Part shown: positions 52,501 through 63,065 of the stretch, piece by piece | Numbering within the stretch: the stretch's first letter is position 1 | How the letters are laid out: each line of letters begins with the position of its first letter | DNA from: Euprymna scolopes | Lineage: Eukaryota | Assembly (NCBI GenBank): GCA_053919585.1 | Contig: CM132798.1 | Length of the DNA: 64,000 bases | Reading direction: 5' to 3' (one strand) | Notes under the pieces: generated by a model | What the model was told of the DNA's origin: nothing | The model's input: the letters and a program-made list of their open reading frames with translations, nothing else | Databases searched by the model: none | Translations under genes and position numbers: made by a program

Positions 52501-53608
52501 TCTATTGTAATAAAATTGTGAGACGGCTTTGCGTGTGCGTGTTTGTTTGTTGTTTTTTTTACGCAATTTCGATCATTACTTTTTACTTATTTCTTATTTC
52601 AACTTAATAAAATATTCATGGAAATCAAAAATCTGAAATAAAACGGACATTTTTCAAAATTCTATTGAAAACATAGCTAAATTACGAAATTTAATCTACC
52701 AAAATTATTTTACGTACAATCAATCATTTTAACGTGTTTTTAAAACAATAAAAAATTAATTATTTCTTGGCAAAAGGAAATGACTTGAAAACAAATTAGT
52801 AGGCAATATTTCGAATTATAAGTCACTTTTACTTTTCAAATTCTGACTGATAAATTATTATATCTCTATTAATTTATCTCTCTGTTCGTCCTACTTTTTT
52901 TCGGAAACTATTGGGCTGATTTGGTTGAGTTTTATATGGACTTTTCTTATAGTGTGGCGCAGTAAAATAAGTATTATGTTATCAGTTCGATGCCCAGTTA
53001 GAAACCAATAAGGGTTAGTCATCACAATACCATATTAACTCTAAATGTTTAGCATAAACCACTCCTTCTAAGTCAATGGGCCATAACTTTTGCCCGTTTT
53101 AAACGGCTAAGTATATTTTTTATATTATAATTCGCTAACAAATACATGCTTATTTTCTTCCGAATAGGCGTATAGTATAAGTATAAGAGGTCATTAAGAG
53201 AATATATATATATATATTAATTCTTAAACAAACAAGGATAAAAGAAAAACATGCATTGTCAGGGTTAACAATTAGAGATATACACGTTTGCCTGTGTATA
53301 AGTATTGTCGACATTTTGCTGGTGTTCCTGGAAAGCTATACGTGCAGCCAGTAAAATGAGATTAGAGACGAATAGAAAAAGCATCTCATGTGAAACGATT
53401 TCAAAGTTATGAAACTATGCTAAAATTGAGAACCAGTCAGAATATGTTCGACCGATTTGAAGGACAACAAAGAAACCGATTTCTAAATCGTCAACGTTGA
53501 GTAAAATTTTATTAATTGATTTCCGCAAATAGAGAGTGCCTTCTCTCGTTTGTTAATATGATTCGCGGGAGACACATTTGTTAACATATTTAAAGATTCG
53601 AAAACTAT

Positions 53609-53647
53609 TTTTTTTACAAGGTAGGCACCACTTATCAAGGCCCGGAA
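53609..53647 (-). mobile_element. Displaced 3' terminus (poly-A end) of the older LINE at 56688-60070
   Basis: T-run plus CACCACTTATCAAGGCCCGGAA, which continues at 56688. Confidence 0.85.
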
Positions 53648-53717
53648 TAAATAAAAATTTAAAAGCACACCTCTACCAGCCCTATAGCGATTAAGTGGCA
53701 TACCACCACCTAAAGTC

Positions 53718-56163
53718 ATGATTTTGCCATTGCTTATGACCTCACTCAGATTGTTCGCGAACCCACCCGTGTGCCCGATACACCCAATCAATATGCAAGC
53801 GTCTTAGACCTTTTTCTTTCAACTTCCCCTGAGCTATGTTCATGTACCGTTCATTCTCCTTTAGGATCCTCCGACCACTCCGTCGTATCAGTTAAGATAA
53901 AAACAAAATGTAAGAAGCCATCAGACGTACCCCTCCACCGTACTGTATACCGATACTCTATGGCTGACTGGGATAGCTTCCGTACATTCATATCTGATTT
54001 ACCTCTGCACTCCATGTTTAAAAAGGAAGTGTCCTCTATAGTATCAGATCTGACCGAATGGTTAATTGTAGGCATAGACCAATTCATACCATCTAAAAAA
54101 TTCCAACAAAAACCTAACAGCCAGCCATGGTTCTCCCCAGAATGTGCTGCTGCTATCGCGCACAGAAATCACTTTTTCCATAACTACCAACGTAATAGAT
54201 GCACTGAGACAAAAGCTGCTTTCAGGACTGCCAGCAACCACTGTAAAAGAGTAATAAAAAATGCAAGAGAGCTATATGCCCAGTCTGTTAAATCCAAGGT
54301 AGCTGATCAGCGGCTTGGTTCCCACCAGTTTTGGCAAATAACAAATAGGATCCTGAACAGAAGTGTGCGTTCTATCCCAACCATTATCAATGGACCAGAG
54401 GTTATCTCGTCAGCATCAGACAAGGCCAAACTATTTGCAAAGAACTTTGCAGCTAATTCTACCCTATGCGACGAAGGCCATCAACTCCCCATATTTCCTC
54501 CTATAACACAGAACAAGCTAGGTAACATACAAATATCCGTGCATGAGGTCGCCAAGCTAATCAAGAACCTAGATTCCAGTAAAGCAACTGGCCGTGATGG
54601 CATCCCAATTATAGCGTTAAAAAAGCTTCAACCAGAACTTGCTCCCATACTTACGAAACTATTTAAGCGCTGCCTTAAGGAGAAGTGCTTTCCGACCCCC
54701 TGGAAGACCTCATCAGTTTGCCCTGTATTTAAGAATTCAGGTGATAAGTCATCTCCCTCTCAATACAGACCAATAAGTCTTCTCTGTGTTATGAGTAAGT
54801 TACTGGAATCAATATTAAATAGAGAAATAGTAAACCACCTCAGCAGGAATAACCTTCTTAGTGACACACAATATGGTTTCCGCTCTGCAAGATCTACCGC
54901 AGATGTGCTGACGGTTATATCCCACAGGATTAGTGAATCTCTTGACAAAGGCTTCCTTTCTAGGGCAATTGCTCTCGACATATCAAAGGCCTTTGACAAG
55001 GTATGGCATAAGGGTCTACTTCACAAGATTTCCAGCTACGGTATAACTGGAAATGTTTTCTCAATCATTAAATCATTTCTCTCTGATAGGCTCATAAGAG
55101 TAGTGGTAGATGGACAAAAATCGGAGGCCTGCAATATAAATGCTGGAGTCCCTCAGGGGTCAATCCTGGGCCCAACTCTCTTCCTGATCTACATAAATGA
55201 CCTCCCTAAACACATACTTAAATCATTCGTTGACATCTATGCTGATGACACGACCATCTACGGCAACACATCAAAGGCTGTAAATGACGAAGTTCTCTCG
55301 GATTCTCTCTCCTCTGATCTCGAGCGCGTTGTTCAGTGGGGGAAGATGTGGCTAGTTACCTTTAATGCATCCAAAACCAAACTCCTATCCTTACATCATC
55401 AACGCTCTGATCCCCAGCTGGCATCAATTGTGATGGATGGCTCTCGTCTGGGTGAGGCCCCGTGTTTTGACAAGCTTCTGGGTTTGACCTTTACTCCTGA
55501 TCTGAAATGGAACACGTACATCAAGTCTGTTGCCAAGGTCGCAGGAAAGATGGTGGGATCCTTATACCGCTCCAGAAGATATCTCACTACTGATGCAATT
55601 CTCTATCTATATAAAAGCCAAGTACGGCCAAGGATGGAATACTGTTGCCATATCTGGGCAGGAGCTGCCAAAAACAGCCTATCATGCCTTGACAGAGTAC
55701 AAAATAGACTTCGTGGTTTAGTGGGGGATGCCCTTTTCTCTACCCTACAACCCCTCTCCCACAGAAGAGACGTTGCGAGACTATCCTTGTTTTATCGTTA
55801 TTTTCATGGCAGGTGCTCGTCTGAACTCCAATCCCTGGTCCCCCCTCGCCAATCTTTCACGAAAAACACCCGTCTAGCTGAATCCACTGTGAAAAATTTC
55901 CCCCACTCTATATCTGTGCCTAAATCAAAACGCGGATTTCATGAGCAAAGCTTCTTTCTTAGAACTGCACGCCTGTGGAACTCTGTTCCGTCTGCCTGCT
56001 TCCCTCCGGACTACAACTTGGATGTCTTCAAGTCTAATGTTAACAAATTCCTAATGAGCCGCCCCCCTAATTAAACACTTCATAAAATCTCCTCACTAAC
56101 GTGATGTACTTACAATAACCCTTATCCCTGAGTGGCTTCCGGGCCTTGATAAGTGGTGATCAC

Positions 56164-56200
<37 letters not shown>
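53718..56200 (+). mobile_element. Young 5'-truncated CR1/Zenon-like LINE
   Basis: Uninterrupted ORF, 3' UTR, an A-tail of about 32 nt, and TSD AAAGTC. Confidence 0.95.
53771..56074 (+). CDS. LINE ORF: C-terminal part of APE endonuclease + reverse transcriptase (N-terminally truncated)
   Basis: SDH (APE), YRPISLL, QYGFR, LDISKAFDKV, GVPQGSILGP, YADD, and a LYKSQVRPRMEYC/RRDVA..SLFYRY C-terminus typical of CR1-Zenon. Confidence 0.95.
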   Translation: MPDTPNQYASVLDLFLSTSPELCSCTVHSPLGSSDHSVVSVKIKTKCKKPSDVPLHRTVYRYSMADWDSFRTFISDLPLHSMFKKEVSSIVSDLTEWLIVGIDQFIPSKKFQQKPNSQPWFSPECAAAIAHRNHFFHNYQRNRCTETKAAFRTASNHCKRVIKNARELYAQSVKSKVADQRLGSHQFWQITNRILNRSVRSIPTIINGPEVISSASDKAKLFAKNFAANSTLCDEGHQLPIFPPITQNKLGNIQISVHEVAKLIKNLDSSKATGRDGIPIIALKKLQPELAPILTKLFKRCLKEKCFPTPWKTSSVCPVFKNSGDKSSPSQYRPISLLCVMSKLLESILNREIVNHLSRNNLLSDTQYGFRSARSTADVLTVISHRISESLDKGFLSRAIALDISKAFDKVWHKGLLHKISSYGITGNVFSIIKSFLSDRLIRVVVDGQKSEACNINAGVPQGSILGPTLFLIYINDLPKHILKSFVDIYADDTTIYGNTSKAVNDEVLSDSLSSDLERVVQWGKMWLVTFNASKTKLLSLHHQRSDPQLASIVMDGSRLGEAPCFDKLLGLTFTPDLKWNTYIKSVAKVAGKMVGSLYRSRRYLTTDAILYLYKSQVRPRMEYCCHIWAGAAKNSLSCLDRVQNRLRGLVGDALFSTLQPLSHRRDVARLSLFYRYFHGRCSSELQSLVPPRQSFTKNTRLAESTVKNFPHSISVPKSKRGFHEQSFFLRTARLWNSVPSACFPPDYNLDVFKSNVNKFLMSRPPN

Positions 56201-56205
<5 letters not shown>

Positions 56206-56687
56206 GCCGGGATATAATTGCGAGAGTTGAGCGTACTAAACAACTCGAAGACCCCAGACACCCTCTCTATGGTTACTCTGAGGTGGCTAGACAGCTTGTG
56301 TCCCGGCATAGCTTTGACACAGTGGAGGAACTATCGGACTGTCCTACATCCTCTTACCGGCTGCAAATGTGGAGAGAGGTAGACCTTCAGTCTACAAATA
56401 TAGCACTGCCAGAGCCCAGTGAAACCTTACCACCTGGTACACACCTGTCCCGTTCGGAGTGGGTCACTCTGAATAGGGCAAGGGCAAAAAGTTGCAAAAA
56501 CTGGCGACAACCTCCTCATGTGGGGTTACTCTACAACTGCTGAATGCCCCTGTGGTTCCCAAGTTCAGACCATCGAGCACATTTTAACATCTTGCCCACT
56601 GGGGCCCAACTGCACGAACGAAGACCTCAGTGTTGATAATGAAACCGCACGCCGCTAGTTGAAGAGATGGAGCGACAAGATATGATG

Positions 56688-59600
56688 AAGGCCCGGAAGC
56701 CAATCGGGAATAAGTGTTATTGCGTGTACAGTACGTTAGTATTGGAGATTTGATAAAGTGTCTTATAATAGGAGGCGGTTCATCAGGAATATTTTTATGT
56801 TGGACATGAAGACATCCAAGTTGTAGTCAGGCGAGAAACAGAAAAACAGAACAGAGTTCCACATGTGTGCTCTTCTAAGAAAGAAGCTTTGTTCATGGAA
56901 TCGACGTTTTGCTTTTGGCACAGATAAAGGGTGGGAAAAAATTTTTGACAGTGGTTTCAGCTAGACGGGTATTTATCGTGAAAGACTGGCGAGGGGAGAC
57001 CAGATATTGGAGCTCAGACGAGCACTTGCCATGGAAGTAACTATAAAACAAAGACAGGCTCGTAACGTCTTTCTTGTGGGAAAGAGGTTGCAGGGAAGAG
57101 AAAAGGGCATCCCCCCGCTAAGCCATGAAGCATATTTTATACTCTGTCAAGGCAGGTAGACTGTTTTTAGCAGCCCCTGTCCAGATGTGGCAGCAGTACT
57201 CCATCTTTGGACGTACTTGACTTTTATATAGATAGAGAATTGCATCAACAGTGAGATATCTTCTGGAGCGGTAGAAGGATCCTACCATTTTTCCAGCGAC
57301 CTTGGCAACTGACTTGATGTACGTGTTCCATTTTAGGTCAGGAGTAAAGGTTAAGCCCAGAAGCTTATCAAAACATGGAGCTTCCCCTAGGCGAGAGCCA
57401 TCCATTTCAATTGATGCCAGATGGGGATCAGAGCGTTGATGATGTAAAGATAGGAGCTTGATTTTAGATGCGTTAAAAGTAACCAGCCACTTCTTCCCCC
57501 AACGTACCACGCTCTCGAGATCAGAGGAGAAAGAATCAGAGACAACGTTGTCATTTACAGCCTTTGATGTGTTGCCATAGATGGCCGTGTCATTAGCATA
57601 GATATTTAAGTATGTGTTTTGAGGGATCATTGATGTAGATCAGGAAGAGAGTTGGGCCCAGGAAGGACCCCCTGAGGACTCCAGCATTAAACTGAGGGCC
57701 TCTGATTTCTGCCCATCAACCACTACAGTTATGAGCCTATAAGAGAGAAATGATTTAATGATTGAGAAAACATTTCCAGTGATACCGCAGCTGGAAATCT
57801 TGTTAATTAGGCCCTTATACCATACCTTATCGAAGGCCTTTGATATGTCAAGAGCAATTGCCCTAGAAAGGAAGCCTTTGTCAAGAGATTCACTAATCCT
57901 ATAAGATATAATCGTTAGCACATTTGCTGAAAATCTGGCAGAACGGAAACCATATTGAATGTAACTAAGAAGGTCATTTTTGCTGAGGAGTTTGACTACT
58001 TCTCTATTTAATATGGATTCCAACAACTTACTCATGACACATAGAAGATTATTGGTCTGTACTAAGAGGGAGACGACTTATCACTTGAATTCTTAAATAC
58101 AGAGCATACTGATGAGATTTTCCAGGGTGTTGCGAAGCACTTCTTCTTAAGGCAACGCTTAAATAGTTTTATAAGAATGAGGGCAAGTTCTGGTTTCAGC
58201 TTTTTCAGCACTATAATTGGAATGCCATCAGGGCCAATTACTTTACTGGCATCAAGGTTTTTGATTAGCTTAGCGACCTCACGCACAGATATTTGTATGT
58301 TGCATAGCGTGTTGTCTGTTATAGGAGGATATACGGGGAGTTGATGGCCTTCATCGCATGGAGTAGAATTAGCTGCAAAGTTCTTGGCAAATAGTTTGAC
58401 CTTGTCTGATGCTGACGAGATGACCTCAGGTCCATTGATGATGGTTGGGATAGAACGCACGCATCTGTTCAGGATCCTGTTTGCTATTGGCCAAAACTGG
58501 TGGGAACCAAGCCGCTGCTCAGCTACTTTGGATATAACGGACTGATCATATAGCTCTCTTGCATATTTTATTACACCTTTATAGTAGTTGCTGACAGCTT
58601 TAGTCTCAGTACATCTATTACGTTGGTAGCTATGGAAAAAGTGATTTCTGTGCGCGATGGCAGCAGCACATTCTGGGGAGAACCATGGCTGGCTGTTAGG
58701 TTTTTGTTGGAATTTTTGGATATTATGAATCGGTCTATGGCTACAATAAACCATCCGGTAAGGTCTGATACTATGGAGGACATATCCTTTTCAAACATGG
58801 AATGCAGAGGTAGATCAGATATAAATGTACGGAAGCTATCCCAGTCAGCCGTAGAGTATTGATATACAGTACGGTGGAGAGGTACGTCTGAAGACTTATT
58901 GCATTTCATTTTTATCTTAACTTATCTTGACCGAATGGTCAGAAGATCCCAGATGAGAATGAACGGAACATTAACATAGCTCAGATGAAGTTGTGAGAAA
59001 AAGGTCTAGAAGACTAGCGTACTAAGCGGTAGTATCGGGCACACGGGTAGGTTCGTGAACAATCTGGGTGAGGTCATAGGCAATGGCAAAATCATGACAG
59101 ATCCTCCCCTCATCATCTATCTTGGTTGAGTGGGTCAGCTATTCCACATTGTGGACATTGAAGTCACTACAAATGTGGATATTAGCTGAAGGATGAGCAG
59201 ACAGGATGTGGTCAATTTCCTCAGACATGCTCTTAAAGAGAGTAACCCCGCTGTTTTGGGGGCGATAGAGGGCAAATATAAATGCAGCGGTGTAAGCTAG
59301 TGCAACCCAGAAGCACATATAAGGTAAATTAGGGTCTTCACTGGTCCAATTTCTCTTAGGAAGAATATGTCCGTCTTCCACTTCTGTAATTGGGTTTCAA
59401 CCTCTGGAAGGTTGGAACGTAGACCTCTGATGTTGGAGAAGGAGATGTGGTAGTAAGGGCTTACGTTGGAGGATGGTGTTCTAGGTTTATTTGTGCAATT
59501 TTTCTGGAGATATTTCATGTTGAGGATTTGGGATATGTGGGATTTGTGGAACAGGTCGACAGACTTAGAGTAGGAAAGGGAGGGAAAGTAGAAGAGAAAA

Positions 59601-60070
59601 AGAAAGGAATTTTTTTTCATTTTTGTTTTTGTAGCACATGATAAGGTAAAACCGTAACAATTATCCACTAGTATGGCATCGAGAGGCCCCCACCGGAAAC
59701 TACTGAATAGTCCAGAATCCATTCACCAGATGGCAATACAGCAGTCCCAGTATTTTGCACCAGCTGATAGGACAGCCTCCTTAGTGGTTAATCCAAGGTT
59801 CGTGTCCCTGACTATCAGGCGGATAACGTCAGCCCAAATAAAACGTTTACCTCCAGCACCCTTACTAATGACATGGCCACAAGGATAGACATAGAAACAG
59901 GAGATGTCCGACATCTCAGCCTACTGTTCATGAATTACTGCCGTCCTGGAAAGCAGCTTTTTCTTCACCCTTTGTAAGAAAAATCACTCATTGGAAATGA
60001 GAACTGAGGGACAAATAAGGAGAAGCAAGAGAACGAGAGCTGCTGATAACGCATCCACAACGCGTTGTCT
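56688..60070 (-). mobile_element. Older near-full-length CR1/Zenon-like LINE (single APE-RT ORF, frameshifted) with 5' UTR
   Basis: Minus-strand ORFs 59297-59722 (FSNIRGLRSN), 59139-59381 (SDFNVH), 58571-58909, 58062-58754, 57640-58035 and 57118-57630 tile the same protein as 53771-56074. The 5' boundary is approximate. Confidence 0.9.
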
Positions 60071-60431
60071 ACTTTCCTATAATTTTATAAATAGAAATAA
60101 AAACAGTATTTCAAAAACAATTAATTATAATATATATAACACTTTCGCTTAATTAATACGTTTATGACTAATTAATTATACTGTACTATTTAAATTTCAA
60201 AATCTTATTAAAAATGGACAAAAAGCAACAAATGTAGTTAGATAAAGAAACGAAGCTAAAAATATAAAATAAAAACAACTTCCAGGATTTTTTTCAAAGT
60301 TAGAAATTTAATAAAATATATACAGTCGGGTTTGATTCACGCATGTTAATGGATGAAAAATATCCTCAGATTTTTGTCCGATTATCCGAGTCCGAGTATG
60401 AGCAAGGAAGTCTCACGCACACACAATGCGA

Positions 60432-60504
<73 letters not shown>

Positions 60505-60505
<1 letters not shown>

Positions 60506-60732
60506 ATTTTGTGCACAGAAAGTTGTTAGATGGGACAAGTCATTGGTACCGTCGGTTTCAAGCCCGATAATTACGACCGTTTTAGATATCTAGATATCCA
60601 TATCAAGCTCTCTTCAGCCAATACTCATCTCAGAGCTTGATATGGATATCTAAAACGGTCCTAATTACCGGGCTTGAAACCGACGGTACCAATGACTTGT
60701 CTCTCCTCTAACAACTTTCTGTACACAAAATA
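60505..60732. repeat. ~230-bp fold-back inverted repeat (arms ~100 bp, ~20-nt loop)
   Basis: 60505-60611 is the near-perfect reverse complement of 60632-60732. Confidence 0.95.
60538..60625 (-). ncRNA. Type I hammerhead ribozyme (all stems formable, long stem II)
   Basis: AGT-ATTGG-CTGAAGA-GAGCTTGATA...TATCGGGCTT-GAAA-CC-GAC-GG-TA^CCAAT-G-ACT. Confidence 0.8.
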
Positions 60733-60840
60733 AAAAATATGAATACGCTCTTATTTTTCGCATTTTCCTTTTAATTGAGCACTCTGCTGGATTTCTTTTT
60801 CCAAAAGAAACTAGTCATATATATATATATATATATATAT

Positions 60841-61819
60841 AAAGTGATGGTTATGTAGCTCCAACGAGAGAAAAAAATGTATATTTAAAAGAGTGTAGCC
60901 ATCAACAATTGTGGGTTTTTTTTTAAAGGTTTTCATCATATTTTTATTTTAAAATATTTTTATAACGCGTTTCGAGCTTAGGGTGTGCTCTCTTCAGATG
61001 TTTTCGTAAAAAGTTTTTCTTTAAAATGGGAGTTTGAAAAGTTTTTTTTACCTCTGCTGATACTACATGTGTTTTTCAGAGTGATGTGGTCTCAGACATC
61101 CTGTCTCCAACCGTAAGTGTTCAAAGTGTCCGGTCAAAGTTAGATTCAAAGAGGGCGCTTTTGGTCCATTTGGTGAAGGTTTTTATGGGTTTTTATGGGT
61201 TTTTTTTAAAAGACTTCCTTTCCCCATGTATAGCACACACTCACACACAATCACACACGCATATATATATATACATACATGTACATGTACACATGCTCAC
61301 GCATACGCACGCAGGCACATACACATTTACACACGCACATACATAGAAATATATGTAGAAGCATACATATATACATACCCACTTACACACTCACACACGC
61401 ACTCACACACATTCACCACTAACATGTCAGGCACATATTGCTTCCTTTTTTTCCCAACCAAAACACGCATGCATACATGCACTTAATCAGTCAAACATAA
61501 GTACACGCACACACACACAAGTAAGATGGAGATATATGTGTGTGTATGTGCCTACATAGTATGTGGATGTTTGTGAGTGTGTATGTACATACATGTATGT
61601 ATATATATATATATATGTGTATGTGCGTGTATATGTGTGTGTATGTATCTTCTCCTACCTATTCTGAGAAAAACTCCTACCTATTTAAAGAAAAACTTTT
61701 TACGAAAACATCTGAAGAGAGCACACCCTAAGCTCGAAACCCGTTATAAAAATATTTTAAAATAAAAATATGATGAAAACCTTTACAAAAACCTACAATT
61801 GTTGTTGGCTACACTCTTT

Positions 61820-61826
<7 letters not shown>
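60841..61826 (-). mobile_element. Penelope-type non-autonomous element with ~150-bp inverted ends, each holding a minimal hammerhead
   Basis: 60881-61030 is inverted at ~61675-61826. CTGAAGA-GAGC-ACACCCTAA-GCTC-GAAAC(G/C)CGTT occurs at 60961-61000 (-) and 61712-61746 (+). Flanked by (TA)n. Confidence 0.75.
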
Positions 61827-61889
<63 letters not shown>

Positions 61890-61890
<1 letters not shown>

Positions 61891-62994
61891 ATTTATAAAA
61901 TATATATGGCGATTAAGCTACACTGAATATTCGGCGTTTCATCCACTATAGGATCTGTCAGGCTTATGCGCGAATTCTGTGGTTGTTTTTCGTTTTTATA
62001 TATGTTGAGGATTTTAGTTAGCCAATCAGCTTTCTAGTATCCACCACGCCCTTTCCTATTTCACACGCACCACTTCACCTTTAACAACAAGGCATCCCTA
62101 GGCTTATCATTACATATTATCCAGCATATGTTCTGTTCTGAAAATTATTATTATACTCTTACAAATCCCACCCATACCCACCTCATAACTTACCCCTTTA
62201 ATTCACTTTCGGACCCTCCCGTACCCTATTAAATTAAAACCCTAGTACTCTCCCCATGTAATCCACAACCTAACTTGCATCAATCTCATAACATCACGAT
62301 ACAGCCATATTCCCATTATAAGTAATGTTACGATATAAGTTACTTTTGATTAATCCTGCTTTGTATATATCCTATCGCTTTAAATCTTCATCATAATTTT
62401 ACGACTGAAAACATACACTGTCTTTAAGTGCTGTTGTTGTCTCAATTACCGCTATCGATACAAATCTTTAGCATAAATCCCCTACATAGACACTATACAT
62501 CTTACATACTGATAAAATAGAACCACACCCCAACTACCTCTATACCACCCCCTGAATCTTAAATAGATAAACTACTCACATTATTTAAAACTATGAGAGA
62601 AACCCTGTATTCCTTTTTACAGTACACTTTATATAGGACATTCCTTCTTTATCTTAGAATTCAATATAGTCCCTCCAACAACCACAAAAATTTTATTTAT
62701 TTATTTCGTTCCTAGAGATTCCTTCGCTAGACGTCACATCCCATTATGTTACCTAGCACTTTCTTTACTCTTCTGATGAGAAGCATTAGGTTTCGAAATA
62801 CCTTGGTGTAAAGTCCCTTTTATCACCCAACTAAATGTATGTATATTCTTATTAAATAAAGGACTCATTCTATATTTTCCAATATATAGTATTTGTGAAT
62901 TTATTTTCCACTCCTATTGTCTCCTATATAAGCTCCATTGAAATTTGTTGAGGTTTATATTATTGAATTTACTCTCTTCTTCTACCTACCATCG

Positions 62995-62995
<1 letters not shown>
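61890..62995 (+). mobile_element. ~1.1-kb non-coding element between (TA)n arrays ending with hammerhead and AATAAA (Penelope-like 3' end)
   Basis: C-rich strand asymmetry, HHR at 62770-62813, AATAAA at ~62855, and (TA)n on both sides. Confidence 0.5.
62770..62813 (+). ncRNA. Type I hammerhead ribozyme motif
   Basis: CTT-CTGATGA-GAAGC-ATTAG-GTTTC-GAAA-TAC-CTTG-GTG-TA^AAG has an intact core, with stems I-III formable and a GUA site. Confidence 0.75.

Positions 62996-63065
<70 letters not shown>

Larger units (their letters stand above)
53648..56687 (+). mobile_element. 5'-truncated RTEX-like LINE (53648-53717 + 56201-56687), split by a younger LINE
   Basis: The joined translation is KSTPLPAL*RLSGIPPPKVRRDIIARVERTKQLEDPRHPL...WVTLNRAR...CPCGSQVQTIEHILTSC. 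It ends in TGATGA and has an 11-bp TSD AAGGCCCGGAA (53637-53647 and 56688-56698). Confidence 0.8.
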
